IMG/VR virus record: IMGVR_UViG_3300029305_003246
Span: 1-64,000 of that record
Length of the DNA stretch: 64,000 bases
From: a virus
Lineage: Duplodnaviria > Caudoviricetes
Strand: one strand, 5' to 3'
Of the stretch, positions 1 through 10,317 are shown piece by piece (positions within the stretch are counted from its first letter, which is position 1; every line of letters starts with the position of its first letter). Both the position numbers and the translations under genes were made by a program. The notes beneath the pieces are model-generated. The model had not been told where the DNA came from, ran no database searches, and saw nothing but the letters and a program-made list of their open reading frames with translations.

Positions 1-32
1 AAAATAAATTAAAATAAAGGGAGGTACACTGT

Positions 33-1115
33 ATGATGTCAAATGCTAGAAAAATTCCAAGTAGAAATATAGATTTAATAGGAGTTGTTACTGATGAAAT
101 GTTAGCAGCATTTGCCGAAAGAATGAAGGAGATACAAGAATATGACTTAGCATTATATGAATACAATATGAAAGTTAAAAAAGAGTACAAAGAACCTTAC
201 GAAACTATAAGAATAAACTTATCTACACCAGGTGGTTCAGTTATGGCAGGTGCAGGCATCATGGGTATAATGGACGAGGCTATAGCACCTATACATGTAC
301 ACGTTATAGGAAGTTGTATGTCAATGGGTATAAGTATATTAGCCCATGCAGAAACTAGAAGTGCAACTAAATTCTCTAGTTTTATGATACACGGGATGAG
401 CACTGGCACATACGGTTACCTAGACGAAGGAATCCAAAGTTTGGATTACTATAAAGAGTTAGAAAAAGAATTAAATGTTGAACTTACTAAAAGAACTAAG
501 TATACTTTAGAGGAGTTAGAAAGTTACAGCAATGTGGCTCACTTCTTTGGATATAACGAAGCTTTAGAAAAAGGATTATTAACTAAAGATATATACGATA
601 CTACTCCACCTCCAAGATTTAGCAAAGCACAATTCGAAGATATAGTTAAGAGTGATTTAGCCGACGGTTATACTATGGACGAAGTATTAGATGCTTTCAA
701 TTCTGATAATCTTCAAGATAATGAGTTAGATATAGTTTTAGATTTACTAGCTAAATATGAAGAAGCCTTTAAGAAAAACGAAGCTAAAGAGGACGAAGTA
801 GATGAAGAAAAATTAGAAGCAAAAGCAGAAGAAAAGGAGGAAGAAGTTGACCCTATAGAAGAAAAAGTATTCGTTGAACCTTGTGAAATGGTAACTAAAG
901 ATGGTTCTGATGAAATGAATTTTGAAGAATTTATAGATATATTTGCACCTTACTATGACGCTTTATCTTACCTATTCACTGGCGAATATACATTCTTAGA
1001 AGTTGCTACTGAATTACAAAAAATAATAGAAGATTTAAAAGATGTAGATATAAATTTAATAATGGACTTCTTAGAAGTTATAGCAGATGTAGATGAGGAG
1101 GACTTAAATGAGTAG
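33..1115 (+). CDS. clpP: ClpP-like serine protease with long acidic C-terminal extension
   Basis: STPGGSVMAG, SCMSMG (catalytic Ser region), FMIH and EALEKGL motifs of ClpP; GGAGG RBS. Confidence 0.8.
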   Translation: MMSNARKIPSRNIDLIGVVTDEMLAAFAERMKEIQEYDLALYEYNMKVKKEYKEPYETIRINLSTPGGSVMAGAGIMGIMDEAIAPIHVHVIGSCMSMGISILAHAETRSATKFSSFMIHGMSTGTYGYLDEGIQSLDYYKELEKELNVELTKRTKYTLEELESYSNVAHFFGYNEALEKGLLTKDIYDTTPPPRFSKAQFEDIVKSDLADGYTMDEVLDAFNSDNLQDNELDIVLDLLAKYEEAFKKNEAKEDEVDEEKLEAKAEEKEEEVDPIEEKVFVEPCEMVTKDGSDEMNFEEFIDIFAPYYDALSYLFTGEYTFLEVATELQKIIEDLKDVDINLIMDFLEVIADVDEEDLNE

Positions 1116-1485
1116 GTTAAAGTATAAGTTTAAAAGGTTCTTTGCATATAGAAAATTAAAAAGAAGTGTGATGCCAGCTCTTAGGCATCACACTTCTGAA
1201 TTAATAGATACTAAAGATATAAATCTAATCTATATAATACCTTTTTTAGTTGATTTAGTAGTTCATAGGGAGAACACGATTTTAGTTGTTAATAACTCAC
1301 TAAGGGACTTCATTAATAGTGTTGAAGAATTAAATGACTATAATATAATGACTGTACACGATTTTACTTATTTCACTACTAAGGGCAAAACTATAGTAAC
1401 TACACCATTAGATGAAGAATGTTTTGATACTATGTATACTCATTCATTTTTAGATAAAGATAATGTCTATAAAATATTATTATAA
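1108..1485 (+). CDS. hypothetical protein
   Basis: ORF overlapping the clpP stop, GGAGG upstream. Confidence 0.6.
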   Translation: MSRLKYKFKRFFAYRKLKRSVMPALRHHTSELIDTKDINLIYIIPFLVDLVVHRENTILVVNNSLRDFINSVEELNDYNIMTVHDFTYFTTKGKTIVTTPLDEECFDTMYTHSFLDKDNVYKILL

Positions 1486-1497
1486 GGAGGAATAAAA

Positions 1498-1737
1498 TTG
1501 GCTCTACCTAAAGCAGGTCATACTAAGAAAAATATACATTTAAGTATAGATGATACTTGGATTTTAAGAGCTTTCAAAGAAATAATGGGCGAGGAAATTC
1601 CAAAGAGGCTTGAAAATATGTTTTTAGAGCAATTTAAAGATAGGTTATTAGATAAAGTTACTACTGAAGAATTTTTAAAAGAAATCTTTAGTGATATGAA
1701 AGAAGAAAGTATAGTATTTAAGTATAGAGGAGAATAA
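1498..1737 (+). CDS. hypothetical protein (TTG start)
   Basis: AAGGAGG RBS, operon context. Confidence 0.6.
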   Translation: MALPKAGHTKKNIHLSIDDTWILRAFKEIMGEEIPKRLENMFLEQFKDRLLDKVTTEEFLKEIFSDMKEESIVFKYRGE

Positions 1738-1741
1738 ATAT

Positions 1742-2224
1742 ATGGAATTAAAAATAAAGTATTTTGAAGATGCAAGAGAGTTAGAAATTAATCCTAAAGG
1801 GAATTTAATAGATGTTTATGCTAATGAAGATGTTTTCGTTCCCTATATGGGATATGCAATGATACCTTTAGGATTTGCGATGAAACTTCCACTTGGGTTT
1901 ATCGCCAAGTTATATCCTAGAAGTTCAACTTTTAAAACTTGGGGTATAATTCAAACTAATCATGTTGGTATAATAGACGAAACTTACTGTGGTGATAATG
2001 ACCAATGGATGTACCCAGTACAATGCACTCAACCGAAGCAAGTTGTCAAAACTGAAGTATTCGGCCATAAGGTAACTATAGCAGGTACTTGGATTAAAAA
2101 AGGCGATAAAATAGCACAATTTGAAATTGTTAAAGCTACACCAGCAGGGCAATATAATTTTATAAAGGTTGACCATCTAGATGATGTTAATAGAGGAGGT
2201 TTTGGTTCTACAGGTAAAAACTAA
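1742..2224 (+). CDS. dut: trimeric dUTPase
   Basis: PRSS, GIIDETYCG, GDKIAQ and C-terminal RGGFGSTG motifs. Confidence 0.92.
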   Translation: MELKIKYFEDARELEINPKGNLIDVYANEDVFVPYMGYAMIPLGFAMKLPLGFIAKLYPRSSTFKTWGIIQTNHVGIIDETYCGDNDQWMYPVQCTQPKQVVKTEVFGHKVTIAGTWIKKGDKIAQFEIVKATPAGQYNFIKVDHLDDVNRGGFGSTGKN

Positions 2225-2229
2225 TCACG

Positions 2230-2258
2230 AGGGTTCATATGAACCTTCTTTTTTCGTT
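2230..2258 (+). terminator. intrinsic terminator with embedded GTTCA-N17-CGTT promoter motif
   Basis: GGGTTCA-TA-TGAACCT hairpin + T-tract followed directly by CGTT. Confidence 0.75.
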
Positions 2259-2284
2259 CGAAAAAAATAAAGGAGGTAATATTA

Positions 2285-3451
2285 ATGAAATATCTATTTA
2301 CAAGTGAATCTGTTACTGTGGGGCATCCAGATAAAATTTGTGACCAAATATCTGATGCTATACTTGATGCAATTCTAGAAAAAGACCCATATGGACGTGT
2401 AGCATGTGAAACTATGGTGACTACGGGTCTTGTATTTGTAGCAGGTGAAATATCTACAAACACTTATGTTGATATTCCTAAAATAGCAAGGGATGTTATA
2501 AAGGAAATAGGCTATGATAATGCAAAATATGGGTTCGATTGCAATACTTGTTCTGTTATAACATCTATAGATGAACAGTCTAACGATATTGCAGTTGGTG
2601 TTGGTGAACTTACTGAAGAAGAAATTAACAAAATTGGAGCAGGTGACCAAGGGATAATGTTTGGATATGCTACTAATGAAACCGAAGAATTTATGCCCTT
2701 ACCAGTAACACTGGCTCATAAATTAGCTAAAAGACTAGAGGAAGTTCGCAAAGAAGGAATAATTCCTTATCTTAGACCTGATGGAAAAACTCAAGTTACT
2801 ATAGAGTATGAAGATGGTATTCCTAAAAGAGTTCATACAGTTCTTATCTCTACACAACATAGTGACCTAATAGATAATGAAACTCTTAAAATAGCTATCT
2901 TTAATCAAGTAATAAAACACGTCATTCCTAGAGAATTATTAGACGATGATACTATTATATACATTAATCCGACGGGAAGATTCGTTATAGGTGGACCACA
3001 AGGTGATACGGGTCTTACGGGTAGAAAAATAATAATAGATACTTACGGTGGAGCTACTCGTCACGGTGGTGGTGCATTCTCAGGTAAAGACCCAACTAAA
3101 GTAGATAGAAGTGGAGCATATTATGCGAGATATGTTGCAAAGAATATCGTTGCAGCAGGCTTAGCAGATAAATGTGAAATCCAAGTGTCTTATGCCATAG
3201 GGGTTGCAAAACCATTATCTATTTTCATTGAAACTTTCGGTACAAATAAAGTTCCTAATGATTTCATATTATCTTTAATATACAAATATTTCGATTTTAG
3301 ACCAGGTGCTATAATAAGAGACTTAGATTTAAGACGACCTCTATATAAACAAGTTGCATCTTATGGTCATTTTGGTCGAGAAGGTTTACCATGGGAAAAT
3401 TTAGATAAGGTTGAAGTCTTAGTAGACGAAATGGTAAACTATTTAGAGTAG
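2285..3451 (+). CDS. metK: S-adenosylmethionine synthetase
   Basis: [39 protein letters not shown]. Confidence 0.98.
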   Translation: MKYLFTSESVTVGHPDKICDQISDAILDAILEKDPYGRVACETMVTTGLVFVAGEISTNTYVDIPKIARDVIKEIGYDNAKYGFDCNTCSVITSIDEQSNDIAVGVGELTEEEINKIGAGDQGIMFGYATNETEEFMPLPVTLAHKLAKRLEEVRKEGIIPYLRPDGKTQVTIEYEDGIPKRVHTVLISTQHSDLIDNETLKIAIFNQVIKHVIPRELLDDDTIIYINPTGRFVIGGPQGDTGLTGRKIIIDTYGGATRHGGGAFSGKDPTKVDRSGAYYARYVAKNIVAAGLADKCEIQVSYAIGVAKPLSIFIETFGTNKVPNDFILSLIYKYFDFRPGAIIRDLDLRRPLYKQVASYGHFGREGLPWENLDKVEVLVDEMVNYLE

Positions 3452-3476
3452 GTTCACACCTACTCTTTTTATCGTA
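3445..3476 (+). terminator. terminator/promoter cassette (GTTCA-N16-CGTA)
   Basis: AGAGTAGGT-TCAC-ACCTACTCT-TTTT-ATCGTA. Confidence 0.75.
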
Positions 3477-3502
3477 CATAAGGATATTAAAGGAGGTTGC
3501 CT

Positions 3503-3967
3503 ATGGAATTAGAAAAATTATTAGAAGATAATAAATTTGTTGACTATGTGATTAATAGGTTCTTACCCTTCAAAATTATTTATAAGATGCTAGAAGTAGA
3601 CTATAATGATAGAGGTAATAACTTCTGCATTTTCCACGATAATTCAAACACGCCATCTGCGAGAATTTATCACAATGATAATGGCGATAGTTTGTATTGT
3701 TATTCAGAAGGTAAGTCCTACAAACCTTCACAGGCTTTCAGAAGAGGTCTTATAGGCCATCGTATCGAGTCTATAGCTTATAATATTTTAAAACAATTCG
3801 ATGAAACTCAAGTCCAAGCCTTATTAGATGAATTCGGTGTAGGTCTAGATATTAAGCCTACTTTTACCGAAGATGAATTATCTACTCTTAATAAGTTTAA
3901 AAATAGTGAAGTAACCGTTCATGAATTTAATAAATCTTTAATAAAAATATTGTATTTTGGAGGGTGA
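3503..3967 (+). CDS. primase-type CHC2 zinc-binding domain protein
   Basis: CIFHDNSNTPSARIY...YCYSE; ATG at 3503 fits the AAGGAGG RBS. Confidence 0.65.
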   Translation: MELEKLLEDNKFVDYVINRFLPFKIIYKMLEVDYNDRGNNFCIFHDNSNTPSARIYHNDNGDSLYCYSEGKSYKPSQAFRRGLIGHRIESIAYNILKQFDETQVQALLDEFGVGLDIKPTFTEDELSTLNKFKNSEVTVHEFNKSLIKILYFGG

Positions 3968-3971
3968 TATT

Positions 3972-4277
3972 ATGGAATTAAGATTATGTGAAAATATTAC
4001 TAAAAATGAGTATTTAAGTTCTTACAATTGTAAAATGTTAAGAGATACATTTATAGACTATATGGTACATGGTCAAGGTAAAACTGAAGATATAGCTAGA
4101 AACTACATCGACTACAGTTACAAAACTTATGATTCTATAAAATTTGTATCAGGTGTCCTTGTATCTATAGATAATAAACCTTACTTTATAAATGAAGCTT
4201 TTTATAGTGAAGATGAGTTAAAGATATATGCAGTAGGAAATTATGCAGGGATTTCATATAAATTTGAATTAATATAG
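3972..4277 (+). CDS. hypothetical protein
   Basis: GGAGGGTG RBS before ATG 3972. Confidence 0.6.
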   Translation: MELRLCENITKNEYLSSYNCKMLRDTFIDYMVHGQGKTEDIARNYIDYSYKTYDSIKFVSGVLVSIDNKPYFINEAFYSEDELKIYAVGNYAGISYKFELI

Positions 4278-4287
4278 GAGGTATTAT

Positions 4288-6522
4288 ATGGCCGATTTTA
4301 CTTACACTCATTATTGTGGGTATAAAAAGATTAATCCAGAGTGGAATAAAGATTTAAAGACTATATTAGTTCGTAACTATAAAGAATTAAAATATCTATT
4401 ATTTGATAAATATAAAGATTGTAAGTTCGCAGGGTTCGATACTGAGACTACAGGGTTAGACCCTCAAGCGAAAGATGCCGATTTAGTTGGTTACTCTTTC
4501 ACTTATGATGGTAAAAATGGTTATTACGTTCCAGTTAATCATATGGGATATAAAACTTTAGATGAAACTGATGAAGGTTATAACGATGATGAGTATTTTA
4601 ATTTAGGACCTAATGCTTTTAATTTATTCTATCAAAAGATGCAAACTCATACGAAAACGTTTTTAGCAAATATGATGTTTGACTATAATTATTTAGAGTA
4701 CGTTGGTGCTAAATATGGATATGATTGGAATATGGGTAAATGTCCTTATTATGATATATTTGTTGGATTATTCTTAGCCGATACAAACGTTCCTTTCCCT
4801 AACTTAAAGAAATCTGAGGCTCAATACCTTGGTTGGAATAGGGAAAACTTCGAGGCTACATTAGGTGATTATACCAACTTCGCATATGTCCCTATAGAAA
4901 TGAGTTATCAATATGCAGGATATGATGCTTTAGGGACTTACAATCTAGCACCTATTTCATTAAAATTCTATAAAGAGGCAGGACTTAGTGGTAAACTTGA
5001 TAATGAATTCTTATATGTATTAACTCAATTCTTAAAAAGAGGAGTTCGTTGCGATGTAGATTTAGCAAAGAAAACTCTTAAGGAGCAAGAGGATAGACTT
5101 CTAGAGTTACAAAATGAAATATGGGGTATATTCGGTTATCAATTTAATATAGGGTCAGGTGCACAATTATCTCAAGCATTAACTTCTATAGGCTTTGATA
5201 CAGGTCAACGTACGAAGTCAGGAGCTATGAAAACAGGTATGTATGAGCTTACTATGGCTAATGAAAAACGTGATGAACCTCATCCTATAGTTGACTTAAT
5301 AATAGAATATAAAACTTTAGCAAAATCAATTTCATCTTTCGCAGGTAAGATGGTTGAAGAAGGTGAAAGGTTCTCTGATAATGAAATTCGCTATAACTAT
5401 ACTACATTTAGAGTTCCTACGGGTAGACTTGCATCTTCAGGCGATGGTAAAAATAAATATTTCGCAACTATAAATGTTCAAGCCTTACCGAAACCTCACT
5501 CTAAAATGTGGTACGTTCATCCAGTCGACCCAAGTAATCCTACTTACAAGCATAGTGATTCCGATTCTATTATTTTAGATTGGAGGTTCTCTTTAACTGA
5601 TAAGTCAGATTATATGACTGAGGCTCTAGACCCACATTACTCTATAAGAAATATGTCGTTACCAGATGAAGGTCATTATTGGGTATCTATGGACTACTCA
5701 GCACAAGAGTTAAGAGCTATAGCAAACTTCTCTAATATACCATTTTGGAAGGATACTTTCATAAATGGTGGTGACCTTCACGAAAGAACGGCAAAAATGA
5801 TATGGGGTGAAGAGAACTATAATCACGACTTAAGAAAAAGAGCCAAAGGTGCGAACTTCGGTCTATCTTATGGAATGGCTTATCAAACAGCAGCAGAGAG
5901 TTTCAAATTACCACTTGAAGAAGCGAAAGAGCTTGTCGATGGTTGGTGGTCAGTATGTAAGGAACTAAAACAATCTCAAGATGCAGCAATTCGTAAGGCT
6001 AAAAAGACTGGAACTGTATATAACTACTTCGGTAGACCTAGAAGAGTTAAAGCCTACTTTGATTCTGCAGATAGACGTCAAATAGCTTTCGGTGAACGTA
6101 CTGTAAAAAATACAGTTATACAATCTGTAGGAGCCGACTTATGTAAAAGAGCTTGTATTAAGTATTACAAAGAGATGTGCCTTAATCCTAAATATGCAGG
6201 AAAGCATAGATTCTTATCTACTATCCACGATGAAATCAATATATCCGTATCTTATGAAGATAGAGACTTATTCTATGAAATGGTAAGAAAATTCCATGAT
6301 ATAATGTATGTTAAAGTCCCAGGATGGGATGTACCATTTGCAGTTGGTATAGAGCTTGGAAATCGTTGGGGCGATTCATTCGTATTTAAGTACGATGAAA
6401 ATAATAACCTTGTACCAGATATGTTCAAGGTACAACCTAAGAAAGAAGAACCTAAAAAAGAGGTTAAAAAGGTAGTTAAAAAAGAAGAAGTTGAGGATTT
6501 CGGTTTCGATATTTCCTTCTAA
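4288..6522 (+). CDS. polA: family A DNA polymerase with 3'-5' exonuclease domain
   Basis: FDTETTG and YAGYD (exonuclease), TGRLAS, DYSAQELR (motif A), RKRAKGANFGLSYG (motif B), IHDEI (motif C). Confidence 0.95.
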   Translation: MADFTYTHYCGYKKINPEWNKDLKTILVRNYKELKYLLFDKYKDCKFAGFDTETTGLDPQAKDADLVGYSFTYDGKNGYYVPVNHMGYKTLDETDEGYNDDEYFNLGPNAFNLFYQKMQTHTKTFLANMMFDYNYLEYVGAKYGYDWNMGKCPYYDIFVGLFLADTNVPFPNLKKSEAQYLGWNRENFEATLGDYTNFAYVPIEMSYQYAGYDALGTYNLAPISLKFYKEAGLSGKLDNEFLYVLTQFLKRGVRCDVDLAKKTLKEQEDRLLELQNEIWGIFGYQFNIGSGAQLSQALTSIGFDTGQRTKSGAMKTGMYELTMANEKRDEPHPIVDLIIEYKTLAKSISSFAGKMVEEGERFSDNEIRYNYTTFRVPTGRLASSGDGKNKYFATINVQALPKPHSKMWYVHPVDPSNPTYKHSDSDSIILDWRFSLTDKSDYMTEALDPHYSIRNMSLPDEGHYWVSMDYSAQELRAIANFSNIPFWKDTFINGGDLHERTAKMIWGEENYNHDLRKRAKGANFGLSYGMAYQTAAESFKLPLEEAKELVDGWWSVCKELKQSQDAAIRKAKKTGTVYNYFGRPRRVKAYFDSADRRQIAFGERTVKNTVIQSVGADLCKRACIKYYKEMCLNPKYAGKHRFLSTIHDEINISVSYEDRDLFYEMVRKFHDIMYVKVPGWDVPFAVGIELGNRWGDSFVFKYDENNNLVPDMFKVQPKKEEPKKEVKKVVKKEEVEDFGFDISF

Positions 6523-6553
6523 GACGAGTTCATTAGACTCGTCTTTTTTCGTT
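6521..6553 (+). terminator. terminator/promoter cassette (GTTCA-N17-CGTT)
   Basis: AAGACGAGT-TCATTAG-ACTCGTCTT-TTTT-CGTT. Confidence 0.75.
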
Positions 6554-6587
6554 TATATTCAATGAAAACGGGTTAAAGGAGGTTCAT

Positions 6588-9500
6588 ATGGCTAACCTAA
6601 GTATATTAAGTGGTATTGAGTTTTATTCTTATGACGTTGAAGTTTATGATAAAGTATTATTAGGCACAATAAGATATAAAGACTCTCAAATAGCTAAATT
6701 TAAAAATATTGATAATACTTTTTTCGAGAACAAATCCTTCTATGGTATTAATAGAGTCGAGTTAATAAGAGAGTTTATCAAATATCTATCCAAATTCGAT
6801 TCTAAGGTAGATAAGGATTCTTTCCTTCTAGGTGACGTTACAGATAAGCGAATTAAGAAAGGGACTACTTATGTTAATGATTCAATGATATTTATGGCAT
6901 CATCTCAGCAGTATGATGCTCAAGCTAAATCTGTCCCAGCGAAGGTTGAAACTCCAAAAGAAGTTCTTAAGCTAGATATGGAGTATAAAGATAAGATATA
7001 CAAAGTTCGCCTAAATTTAGAAGAACTTGGTGTTGGCAAAGGTGTTAAAACTCTTTATGATTTTAATGAAAAAATGTTAAAAAGTAAAATTGAAGCATTT
7101 TTAAAATCTTATAAGAAAGAGTATGATATTCAGTTATCTTTAAAAGATGAATTCGTTCAAGTAGGTAAGCTATTAATAGACGTAACTGTATTCAATGACC
7201 ATGTTGAAGGCTTTATAGACCTAAGTCATTTAAATTTAGATAGTGTTTCCTCTATCGAGGCCACAGGTAAGGATAAACAGGATTTATTAAATAATATAAT
7301 TCAGCAACTAAAATCTCATAAATTAACAGGTAAATTGAACTGGGGAAAAGTTGTTGATAAGACTAAAAAGGAAGGAGAAAATAAGATGGCAAACGAAACT
7401 ACTACAGCTACGTTGAAAAAGTTGGTTAAGAACTTGACTACTATGGTCAAGAAAGTAGGTTTCAACGAGGAAGAAATAGATGGCAGAATAATGTCTATAA
7501 TTCCAAATGCCAAGCCAGAAGGTGTTGGTGTTGGTGGAAATAAAGTAGATTTATCATATACATTACCTTGGGTTCTAGATAAGGCTCAAGTGAAAAAGAA
7601 AAAATTTGCAGAGGAAGTAGCAGAGACAGCTCAATCTAATATTGTTATCAAAGAAGTTGGTTTGACTTTATACATTTTAGATGAAGTTGAAGGTGAAATT
7701 AATATATCTATTTCAGCCGATGTTAAATGGATAAATACATTTTTCGGAACTACTGAACTAGATTCTTATACTTTAGTAGAACAGGCAGTAGTTATACAAG
7801 AGGCCACTCCAGTAGAAGTTACTAATGATTTCAAAGGTAATTTAGCTAAAGATGTAGCCGAATTTTTAGATAAAGAAGGTACTTTCCAAGGCAATAAATT
7901 TACTTATACTAAAGGGCTTGATGCAGGATTAGATTTACTATACCTTAATGATAAAGTTACTATGAGTATAAGATTATTCCCTTCTGCAAGTCAAGATGTT
8001 AATAGAGTAAGAGAACTAAATATGATGAAGGATGCACTTAGAACTATAAATAACTTCCCTTCAGATAATGTTCAAATATCTAAAAAGTCAGGTGACGATG
8101 CAATATCGGTTAATGTTACTATAGCACAATTTGAATCTTTCGCAGTAGAGTTAGTTAATAGAATTAAATTTGGTCTACAAAAGCATTTTCTATTAAGAAT
8201 CTCTAAAGGTGTAGATACTAATGCAAATAAAATTGAATTATTCACTAATTCAAATTCAGGAGGCGAAATAATGGCAGGTAATTTATTATTACAAGAGTTT
8301 GTTGAAAAAATAGCAAGTAGACCAGAGGTTAAATTAGCAGTTAAAGTAGATAAAGATACCCCTTTCCCAGTATCTTTCGATGTTACTGAAAAAGGATTTG
8401 ATGAAATAACAGTTAGATTTGAAAATAATGCTACTCAATATAGAGCATCTTTTAGACTAGAAGGACCTTTTAGTGAATTACAACCGAAAACATTCTCATT
8501 CTTCCATTATATAAAAGAAAAAGGATTTGGGGTTACTCAAGAAGGGTTAGGTGTAGTAGTTAGAGGTAATTATAAAGAAGGGGATATTTCTATAATTCAC
8601 GATTTAGCAACTTTACTTGATACAGTTAAAGGATTTTCATATAATCATGCAAATTCTTTTGAGGCTTGGGCTAAGAAACATAAATATGGATATTCTGAAG
8701 CAAATGCATTCTATCAAGTTAGAGATATAATACCTAACTACGAAGGTGACGCTATAGTATACAAATCAGGTAAAAGTAATTTTATAGCTATACCAAATGA
8801 TGTTGAAGGTATAGATGGATTCCTTGATGCAGTTAAACATGCTTATACTCCAGAGAAGTCAGGAGCCTTCTATAGATTCTATTTCACTAATTTAGATATG
8901 ATGCAAGATTTCGTTGATTTTGCTAATAAAATAGATAAGCAAGATTTAGGTGGTGTCGCACATATATCATTAGCAGCAGAGGTAAATGACCATGACCTTT
9001 TCATCAATTCTGATACTTTTAAAACTGTAAAAAACTTATTGTTAAGTGATGGATTTAATCAAACTGATATTAATGGATATGTGAGTTTTATAAAGGATAA
9101 TACTCAACATGGTTATAGTGTTTGGATAAGATTAAGAAAAAATAATAAATTTGATGCACACATAACTGTAACTAATACTGACCATTTAAAAGTCCTTATA
9201 GATTCACTTAAAGGTCTAAAATTTACAAAAACTGATGATTTAATGATTAAATTTGCTAATGATGTTACTTTTAGTAAGATTATGGTAAATTCTATACTTA
9301 ACATAATCAAGAAATTTGATTCTTCATTAGATGTGTTTACTGTCGCAAAAGTGCAAGAGGAACCAGTTAAGCAAGAAGTTAAGGTATCTGATGTATCTAA
9401 AAAGGAAGAAACTCCTAAAACTCCAGCTATAAAAGAGTTTATTGTCGAAAAAGGCGAAAGAGTATTCGATAAAGTTCCTTTTGTTAAAGGTCAAGTATAT

Positions 9501-10289
9501 GAAGTTGATAAAGTTATTAAGGCACTTATATCAGGCGAAGAAGATACTATAGAGACTTTAAGATTTGAAGTTTTAAGTGTCTTTAAGAATGGAAAAATTA
9601 GATGTAAAAATACCATTTTAGGCTATGAATTTAAACTATCAAACGACCCAGCTAGTGCACGTAAAGTATATAGACTAATAAAAGATGTTGCCAATTCTAA
9701 TATTAATGATGAGGTTAATAAACAAGAAGTTCAAGTAGAAGAGCCAGAAAATAGGGAAGTTGAACGTACTTATAAAGCAGGCAAAGTTAAAGACCCAGAA
9801 CATAAAGCACAATTAGATAGAATGAGGGCATATATTAAGAAAATAGCAGATATAGTAGATGCCGATAATGATTTCGCTTTAAGATTCCTTGAAGAGCCTA
9901 AGGAATTCCAAAAGTATAAACTTCCAACTGTTGGTGTAGGTTTATTCTATTATGGTGATAAATCTGCTACAGAATTAGAACAAAATGCTTTATATAAAAA
10001 AGTATATAGAGGTAGAGGTTTATCTATCCTTAGAAAATTCTTTAAAACTACTGACTTGAATGGTGAAAAATGTTTATTAGTTTTATTCGTTGATGCACAA
10101 TATGCAAAAGAAACAAAAGCTAAACTAATAAAAGAAAGTTTTGAATTAGGCAATAAAGTTAGAATTAATGGAAGACTTTACAAGGTTAATGCTATATATG
10201 AACATAAGTTTGCTATTGAAACTATTGCAGGGTTAATGTATATAGATATGGATTCAGACTTAATAGATATTACTATAGAGGAAGATTAA
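6588..10289 (+). CDS. giant multidomain protein (1233 aa), probable internal virion protein
   Basis: C-terminal ~170 aa clearly paralogous to the next ORF; LIKE motif before a small terminal beta domain; function inferred. Confidence 0.55.
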   Translation: MANLSILSGIEFYSYDVEVYDKVLLGTIRYKDSQIAKFKNIDNTFFENKSFYGINRVELIREFIKYLSKFDSKVDKDSFLLGDVTDKRIKKGTTYVNDSMIFMASSQQYDAQAKSVPAKVETPKEVLKLDMEYKDKIYKVRLNLEELGVGKGVKTLYDFNEKMLKSKIEAFLKSYKKEYDIQLSLKDEFVQVGKLLIDVTVFNDHVEGFIDLSHLNLDSVSSIEATGKDKQDLLNNIIQQLKSHKLTGKLNWGKVVDKTKKEGENKMANETTTATLKKLVKNLTTMVKKVGFNEEEIDGRIMSIIPNAKPEGVGVGGNKVDLSYTLPWVLDKAQVKKKKFAEEVAETAQSNIVIKEVGLTLYILDEVEGEINISISADVKWINTFFGTTELDSYTLVEQAVVIQEATPVEVTNDFKGNLAKDVAEFLDKEGTFQGNKFTYTKGLDAGLDLLYLNDKVTMSIRLFPSASQDVNRVRELNMMKDALRTINNFPSDNVQISKKSGDDAISVNVTIAQFESFAVELVNRIKFGLQKHFLLRISKGVDTNANKIELFTNSNSGGEIMAGNLLLQEFVEKIASRPEVKLAVKVDKDTPFPVSFDVTEKGFDEITVRFENNATQYRASFRLEGPFSELQPKTFSFFHYIKEKGFGVTQEGLGVVVRGNYKEGDISIIHDLATLLDTVKGFSYNHANSFEAWAKKHKYGYSEANAFYQVRDIIPNYEGDAIVYKSGKSNFIAIPNDVEGIDGFLDAVKHAYTPEKSGAFYRFYFTNLDMMQDFVDFANKIDKQDLGGVAHISLAAEVNDHDLFINSDTFKTVKNLLLSDGFNQTDINGYVSFIKDNTQHGYSVWIRLRKNNKFDAHITVTNTDHLKVLIDSLKGLKFTKTDDLMIKFANDVTFSKIMVNSILNIIKKFDSSLDVFTVAKVQEEPVKQEVKVSDVSKKEETPKTPAIKEFIVEKGERVFDKVPFVKGQVYEVDKVIKALISGEEDTIETLRFEVLSVFKNGKIRCKNTILGYEFKLSNDPASARKVYRLIKDVANSNINDEVNKQEVQVEEPENREVERTYKAGKVKDPEHKAQLDRMRAYIKKIADIVDADNDFALRFLEEPKEFQKYKLPTVGVGLFYYGDKSATELEQNALYKKVYRGRGLSILRKFFKTTDLNGEKCLLVLFVDAQYAKETKAKLIKESFELGNKVRINGRLYKVNAIYEHKFAIETIAGLMYIDMDSDLIDITIEED

Positions 10290-10317
10290 GTTCTTCCTCT
10301 TTTATAAGGAGGTTAAT

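Noticed and set aside
5490-5645. Intein or intron in polA (~50-aa insert after NVQALP)
   Set aside because: Too short, no C/S...HN splice residues, and the reading frame is continuous.
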